Positions 55,195-59,496 of a stretch of DNA of 59,496 nt are shown piece by piece. The stretch is taken from the IMG/VR virus record IMGVR_UViG_3300035670_000232, positions 1-59,496 of that record; one strand, written 5' to 3'. Every line of letters begins with the position of its first letter. The first letter of the stretch is position 1. Below the pieces are notes generated by a model. The model had not been told where the DNA came from. It saw only the letters and a program-made list of their open reading frames with translations, and ran no database searches. The translations under genes and the position numbers were made by a program. Origin of the DNA: a virus. Taxonomy: Duplodnaviria; Caudoviricetes.

Positions 55195-55243
55195 GATCGG
55201 GTTCCGTGGGGGTGTGTGGAGATCGTATCGTAGCGCGGCGGGT

Positions 55244-55592
55244 GAAGCAAGCGATGCTTCTCACTTAGCGGCACACCTGTTCGGATGGTGAGTGCAGACC
55301 GACTCCCTGGCAAAACCAGGAAATCGGCCAAATGGCCTGTTCGGACGGAGCCGCGCTGGACCATGACCCCTGGGCTGGTTTTGATTTCGCAGTCGCCCAG
55401 GTTCAACCCTGCACTGCGTCATGGGGAGCTATCCTTCTCGGCATCACTCGGAACCCGCCCGGACAGTCGTACAACCGGCGGCACCATGAAACTACCTGCC
55501 CACCAATGGCTTCGGGGGGGCGTACCCTACTCTCCCGTTTCGGTCGCAACCGTGGCTGGGCAGAACACCACACGCCCCTCCCTGAATGGGGC
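55244..55592 (-). ncRNA. Candidate structured non-coding RNA
   Basis: At least 8 stems in a ~350-nt gap; G-U wobbles favour the - strand. Confidence 0.4.
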
Positions 55593-55608
55593 TATGCACG
55601 CTTCGTCG

Positions 55609-55812
55609 TCAGAACCGCGCGAACATTTCGGATTCTTGCAGTCGTTCCTTCAACTCCACGATCAAGAGATCGCGAGCATTGACTTGCCCACGGAGGCTCT
55701 TGATTTCGGCCAGCAATCGCTGGATGTATCCATTGTTTTGTGCGTGGGCGAGCTTGAGTGCTGAAATCAGCGACTCTCTGCTCGCCCCCTCTAGTCGGCG
55801 TCGTTTTGGCAT
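55609..55812 (-). CDS. Small coiled-coil protein
   Basis: GAGGG SD. Confidence 0.6.
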   Translation of the reverse strand: MPKRRRLEGASRESLISALKLAHAQNNGYIQRLLAEIKSLRGQVNARDLLIVELKERLQESEMFARF

Positions 55813-55910
55813 CGCGTCACCCTCTGTGCGGTGGGTGAGTATTGCGTCGTCTCGCAGGGCCGTCAAGTCTGGGCTTCCATTTTTTCTGGCGCCCCATAGA
55901 ATGCCACGCC

Positions 55911-56141
55911 ATGAACATCGAATCGGTGCGAGACTTGATCTGTTCTCTTGAGGCGCTTTCGGCCGCAAGCCAAGATGTGTCCCGCGAGCTTTGGAGGATC
56001 ACAGAACCTCCAAAGCCACCTCTAAAGCCGAGGCAGCGGGAGCTTCCGCTTGACATAGAAAAGGGCGTAGGCGAAAACTTCCATCGCCTTCGCGAGGAGT
56101 TTGTATCCTCGGGCGGAAACCTTAGCGAGTGTCCATTTTGA
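55911..56141 (+). CDS. Small hypothetical protein
   Basis: First gene of the + strand block. Confidence 0.55.
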   Translation: MNIESVRDLICSLEALSAASQDVSRELWRITEPPKPPLKPRQRELPLDIEKGVGENFHRLREEFVSSGGNLSECPF

Positions 56142-56350
56142 GCAGCGACCGGCGATGGATCCCAGTTTCTAAAAGCCTGCCAGACTGGGAGGTTCCTGTG
56201 CTTGCATGGGAGAAAACCGATGGCCCGCTCGTGCTGTACCGGTGGGCAATCTCTGGCGGCTGGACGCACTCCATCCTTGACGACAATGCGTTTCCGTTGA
56301 TCGTCACTCACTGGATGCCCCTCCCGGAGCCGCCCAATGCCAAAGGGTGA
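56138..56350 (+). CDS. DUF551-like phage protein
   Basis: WIPVS..LP...VL...VTHWMPLPEPP. Confidence 0.85.
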   Translation: MSSDRRWIPVSKSLPDWEVPVLAWEKTDGPLVLYRWAISGGWTHSILDDNAFPLIVTHWMPLPEPPNAKG

Positions 56351-56481
56351 ACGCTGGAGGGAAATCTGCAAGAAGACCGGCAAGTGCGACCGATGCCCTC
56401 CACACGACGGCGAGAACCGGGGCCGACGAGCCAAGAAGGCCAAGCCCAAACCTCCCAGGGAAACCATAAGGAAAAGCAAGG

Positions 56482-56733
56482 ATGGATAACAACGATCCTG
56501 AAGGCACCGAGGTTTACCGCGCCATCGGCTTTGTGCCGGGAAAGCTGGTCGATGAGCGAGAGGCATCTGTGTGCGGCAACTGCCGGTTCTGGTGCCAGGA
56601 TCAGCAGACAAGAGTTGACAGCGGCGACTGCCGAAAGCTACCTCCAACCCGTTTCGGCAATGGGGACAGCGGATTCCCCCAGTCCCACAAGAACTGCTGG
56701 TGCGGGGAGTTCAGGCACAAGGACCGACTATGA
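56482..56733 (+). CDS. Small Cys-rich protein
   Basis: CGNCRFW..G.CR..PP..FP.....WCGEF. Confidence 0.75.
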   Translation: MDNNDPEGTEVYRAIGFVPGKLVDEREASVCGNCRFWCQDQQTRVDSGDCRKLPPTRFGNGDSGFPQSHKNCWCGEFRHKDRL

Positions 56734-57035
56734 ACGAGACATCCAGAGCCACCCTTGAACTGTACCGCAAGGCCCGAGAAGAGATCCGCGCGTATCGCGT
56801 CAAGGCCATGGAAGCCGTAGACGCCTGGGTGTTTGGCCTCGGCCCCCGCCCGCCGGCCAGCGACATCCTGGAACGAGCCAGCCAAAGCCTGTCCGAACTC
56901 TACTGCAAGGTCAACCACCATCCCCAGGAAATGGCCGAATCCGAAAGAGTCATCCTCCGATCCATCCTCATCAAGATCGACCCCGAGGGAGGGTGGAAGA
57001 AAGAGATCAAAATCTCCAATGGATATGCTGACTGA
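56730..57035 (+). CDS. Hypothetical protein
   Basis: ATGA overlap. Confidence 0.65.
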   Translation: MNETSRATLELYRKAREEIRAYRVKAMEAVDAWVFGLGPRPPASDILERASQSLSELYCKVNHHPQEMAESERVILRSILIKIDPEGGWKKEIKISNGYAD

Positions 57036-57342
57036 CGTTCACGAACTCCTATCCCGGTTGTGTAAGTCAACTGGGAAGTGGGGCATGTACCTTTCCTGGT
57101 ACGCTGAAGACTATGACGCTGGCGAGGAAGTCCCCTTGGCCTGCCCGCTCATAAGCCGAGAAACAGCCATCATCAGCGACTGGGCCTACGTCTTTTTCGA
57201 CACCGAAGCCGAGCTAGACGACGCTTTCGACCTGACCGTTGGAGACGATGGCCCAACGCCATCAAACCGCTACGACGGAGAAGCCCGTGTCTACGCCCTG
57301 ACATGCAGCAACACCGGGCAAATCCTCACTGAGAACACATGA
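57025..57342 (+). CDS. Phage hypothetical protein (TVGDDGPT..N.Y.G..RVYALTC..G...ENT)
   Basis: Conserved-looking C-terminal motif. Confidence 0.7.
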   Translation: MLTDVHELLSRLCKSTGKWGMYLSWYAEDYDAGEEVPLACPLISRETAIISDWAYVFFDTEAELDDAFDLTVGDDGPTPSNRYDGEARVYALTCSNTGQILTENT

Positions 57343-57530
57343 GCGAACCATCCAAAAATCCGAGAGAGTTCATCTGCCCGCACTGCGGATCCAAGGTAGA
57401 CCCCGATGACAGGGAGGAGGCAACCGTAGGCAGTTGGGGAAACCGCTGGCCGCACGTTACCTGTCAAAACTGCAAGGAATGCTGTGGGTGCATCGCCTGG
57501 CGGGAGCCGGTGACAAAAACCCCTGCATAA
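57339..57530 (+). CDS. Small Zn-ribbon protein
   Basis: CPHCG...CQNC. Confidence 0.65.
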   Translation: MSEPSKNPREFICPHCGSKVDPDDREEATVGSWGNRWPHVTCQNCKECCGCIAWREPVTKTPA

Positions 57531-57613
57531 AGCAGCAAGTGCATGGGTTTCGTAACAGGACACCCGAATACACCCAGGGTGTACCAGGGAGCCGGGAACC
57601 AAAGCATCGGGAG

Positions 57614-58303
57614 CTACCAAGAGTTCTTGGTGCCAGCCTGGGATGCCTTGTATTCCTCCCAAGACATGGGTTGCGCGTCTGGAATAGCCTGGGACATCCA
57701 CGGATTCGGCCGTGCTTCTGCGGCCCTGCGGTGTTCCTCAGCCTGCGCGGCGCGTTGCTTGCGGATCTCCTCGTCGCGCTTCCTGGCCTGGGCGACAGCT
57801 TCGTCCTCGGCCTGCCGGTACTTCTGCTTCCGGTACGACCGCGACGAAGTTGGCTCGTCCATCTTCGCCCCACTAGCCGACGCTGGAGCCTGCGGCCACG
57901 CCGGGAGCGGTGCGTTCTTCTCTGGCTTCCCCCAGTTTCCTCCGAACTGATGGCCTAAGTCCTCAAGGAACTCGCCCCTCGTCGGAGGCCGCCAGTTTCT
58001 GGCAACCACACCGCGAGCGTAGGTATCAAGAGCCGCCTGCTTCTCAGGGTTCAATGGCCGATTGTCAGCCAATCTCTCCCTGGCTGCCCGACTCGCGGCA
58101 CTCTCGGAAGGCTGATTGCCCCAACCACCCCAAGAAGACCCACTCCAAGGAGAAGGAACCCCAACCATCTCTGGCATAGGCCCAGCCTCTGGAGCCACCT
58201 CAATCGACTCCGGGGAGTACGGCACCCCACCAACAGTCGAAACAGGGGGAAGCTGGGCATCCAGCCGTGACAGCAACCAAGCAACGTAGTGACGAGCGTC
58301 CAT
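57614..58303 (-). CDS. Low-complexity hypothetical protein, leaderless start
   Basis: ATG exactly 6 nt after GGACAATGG. Confidence 0.6.
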   Translation of the reverse strand: MDARHYVAWLLSRLDAQLPPVSTVGGVPYSPESIEVAPEAGPMPEMVGVPSPWSGSSWGGWGNQPSESAASRAARERLADNRPLNPEKQAALDTYARGVVARNWRPPTRGEFLEDLGHQFGGNWGKPEKNAPLPAWPQAPASASGAKMDEPTSSRSYRKQKYRQAEDEAVAQARKRDEEIRKQRAAQAEEHRRAAEARPNPWMSQAIPDAQPMSWEEYKASQAGTKNSW

Positions 58304-58309
58304 GAAAGA

Positions 58310-58318
58310 CCATTGTCC
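58310..58318 (-). promoter_or_regulatory. Putative late promoter, leaderless start
   Basis: GGACAATGG-6nt-ATG(58303). Confidence 0.6.
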
Positions 58319-58669
58319 AACCAAAGCATCGGGGGCTACCCGCCGTTGACGGCCAACGCTATGTGAAAATTTCCGGCAAAAACCAAATCAGACAATCGTG
58401 TCCAGTTAGGCCTTCGATAAGGCCCCTAGCGTGCGATATGAGGGCAGAAGTCCTGGGCTCTATGGGGGGTCGGAAAATACGGGAAGGGGATTGACAGCTA
58501 ACGTGAAACGACTTGGGGGCCATGCCGGGGGTCTGTTGTGGGTCCGCGAGTCCCCCCCGCAAGCCAAGCGTTGGCCGGGGATTGGCTGTGAGTTGCAGTA
58601 TCCCTAGCAAAAAACCCCCAAAAACGCGGGGAAAACGCATACTTTACCAGTTTGGTAAGGATTGAATCT

Positions 58670-58700
58670 CCCCCCCTCCCCTCCCCTCCCCTCCCATCCC
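58670..58700 (-). repeat. (GGGGA)n purine tract with G-quadruplex potential
   Basis: GGG-AT-GGG-A-GGGG-A-GGGG-A-GGGG-A-GGGGGGG. Confidence 0.8.
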
Positions 58701-58764
58701 GTATCGTGAATCCCCCTTCGTGAATCCAAATTCCCGACAAAATTGTCGCATATTGTCTATAAGG

Positions 58765-58796
58765 GCGGCCCGCCACTGGCAACAATGGCGGGCCGC
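58765..58796 (-). terminator. Perfect 11-bp GC hairpin after the ECF-like gene
   Basis: GCGGCCCGCCA/TGGCGGGCCGC; weak U tail. Confidence 0.5.
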
Positions 58797-58822
58797 GTGT
58801 CGTTCGGGAGTCTATCGGCGGC

Positions 58823-59422
58823 CTACTGTGCCGCGTGCGCCTTGCTTGCTTCCCTCGCCATCCGCGCCGCTACCCTTGCCGCGCGCTTCCGATCAATGGA
58901 CCGCTGCCGGTTTATGGCCCTTCGCTCCGGGCATTCCCCCCGTGGCCTCCCCCCCTTCGCGCTCCGGGGCGTCTGGACGATAGTAGGCTCCGCCGGACCG
59001 CTGACGCCGCACGCCGCCAGCCACGTTTCGACAATACCGATACCTTCCATGGCCCCTATTGTCGCCAACTCCCGCCGCCGCTCTCCCGATAGGCTTTCCA
59101 GTCCGGTCCAGACTTCCGGCGGTTGGGGAAATCGGCCAAGCGCATGCCGACGGTCCGGCCCGGTGAAGCCTTCCGTAGTCATATCCAAGAATTGAACCCC
59201 CCTGCGCTTATCGGCACGATCCTGGACCGTCGCCAATCGTTTCCCTGCGCTTCCCTGCGCGGCGAGCCTAGTAGACTCCTCAATCGTCTCACCGGGCGCG
59301 CCCCGTTCCAGCCATCGGGCATAGGCTTCGCTCGCGCTGTCCTGACTGTCTACTGCCTTGCCAGCCCGTGCCATGGATTCCAGACGCGCCCATACTTCGG
59401 CGTGATACTCGCTCGTTTTCAT
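58823..59422 (-). CDS. Divergent ECF sigma factor-like protein
   Basis: DSQDSASEAYARWL resembles DAEDxxQEAF; GLESLSGERRRE...EG resembles the start of region 4; terminal-repeat variants are all synonymous. Confidence 0.45.
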   Translation of the reverse strand: MKTSEYHAEVWARLESMARAGKAVDSQDSASEAYARWLERGAPGETIEESTRLAAQGSAGKRLATVQDRADKRRGVQFLDMTTEGFTGPDRRHALGRFPQPPEVWTGLESLSGERRRELATIGAMEGIGIVETWLAACGVSGPAEPTIVQTPRSAKGGRPRGECPERRAINRQRSIDRKRAARVAARMAREASKAHAAQ

Positions 59423-59496
59423 CGTTCTACCCTCACTAGGTTGGCCCCGGTTCCGAAGCGGTTCCGATCGCCACTAGTAGGTATATCGGCCCGTCA
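59261..59496. repeat. Right copy of terminal direct repeat
   Basis: Matches 1-236. Confidence 0.95.

Noticed and set aside
56050-56080. Perfect TTGACA as a sigma70 promoter
   Set aside because: No acceptable -10 at 16-18 nt, and it lies inside an ORF
1-59496. Alternative genetic code or stop-codon recoding
   Set aside because: Core genes are intact in the standard code, all three stops are used, and the only tRNA is not a suppressor

Overview
The window looks like an essentially complete ~59.3 kb tailed dsDNA phage genome, circularised through a 236-bp end overlap (1-236 vs 59261-59496). The architecture is podovirus-like: terminase, P22/T7-type portal, scaffold, capsid, adaptor and tail-hub proteins and long ejection proteins, with no tail tube, sheath or classical tape measure recognised. 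A + strand early arm (474-8228) carries many small ORFs, an amidoligase plus class II glutamine amidotransferase pair and a serine recombinase. A long - strand arm (8035-55812) carries a sigma factor, a membrane/protease module where lysis genes are expected, recombination and DNA-metabolism genes (Hjc-like, HNH, SF2 helicase, SSB, ERF, RecE-like), tRNA-Glu and the virion genes. A Planctomycetota host is an inference from protein motifs only. The most unusual signals are: (1) an integron-like platform with no integrase, made of an attI-like site at 16643-16661 and two 89-bp attC sites whose cassette genes and a tRNA are reverse-oriented and whose attC bottom strands carry translation starts; (2) a 10-copy GGACAAT promoter motif with leaderless starts that doubles as the last codons (Gly-Gln-stop) of upstream genes; (3) two sigma-like genes; (4) a putative lysis module with two proteases and no recognisable endolysin; (5) a ~350-nt highly structured intergenic RNA candidate. 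All product calls come from motif recognition by eye; no database search was run.
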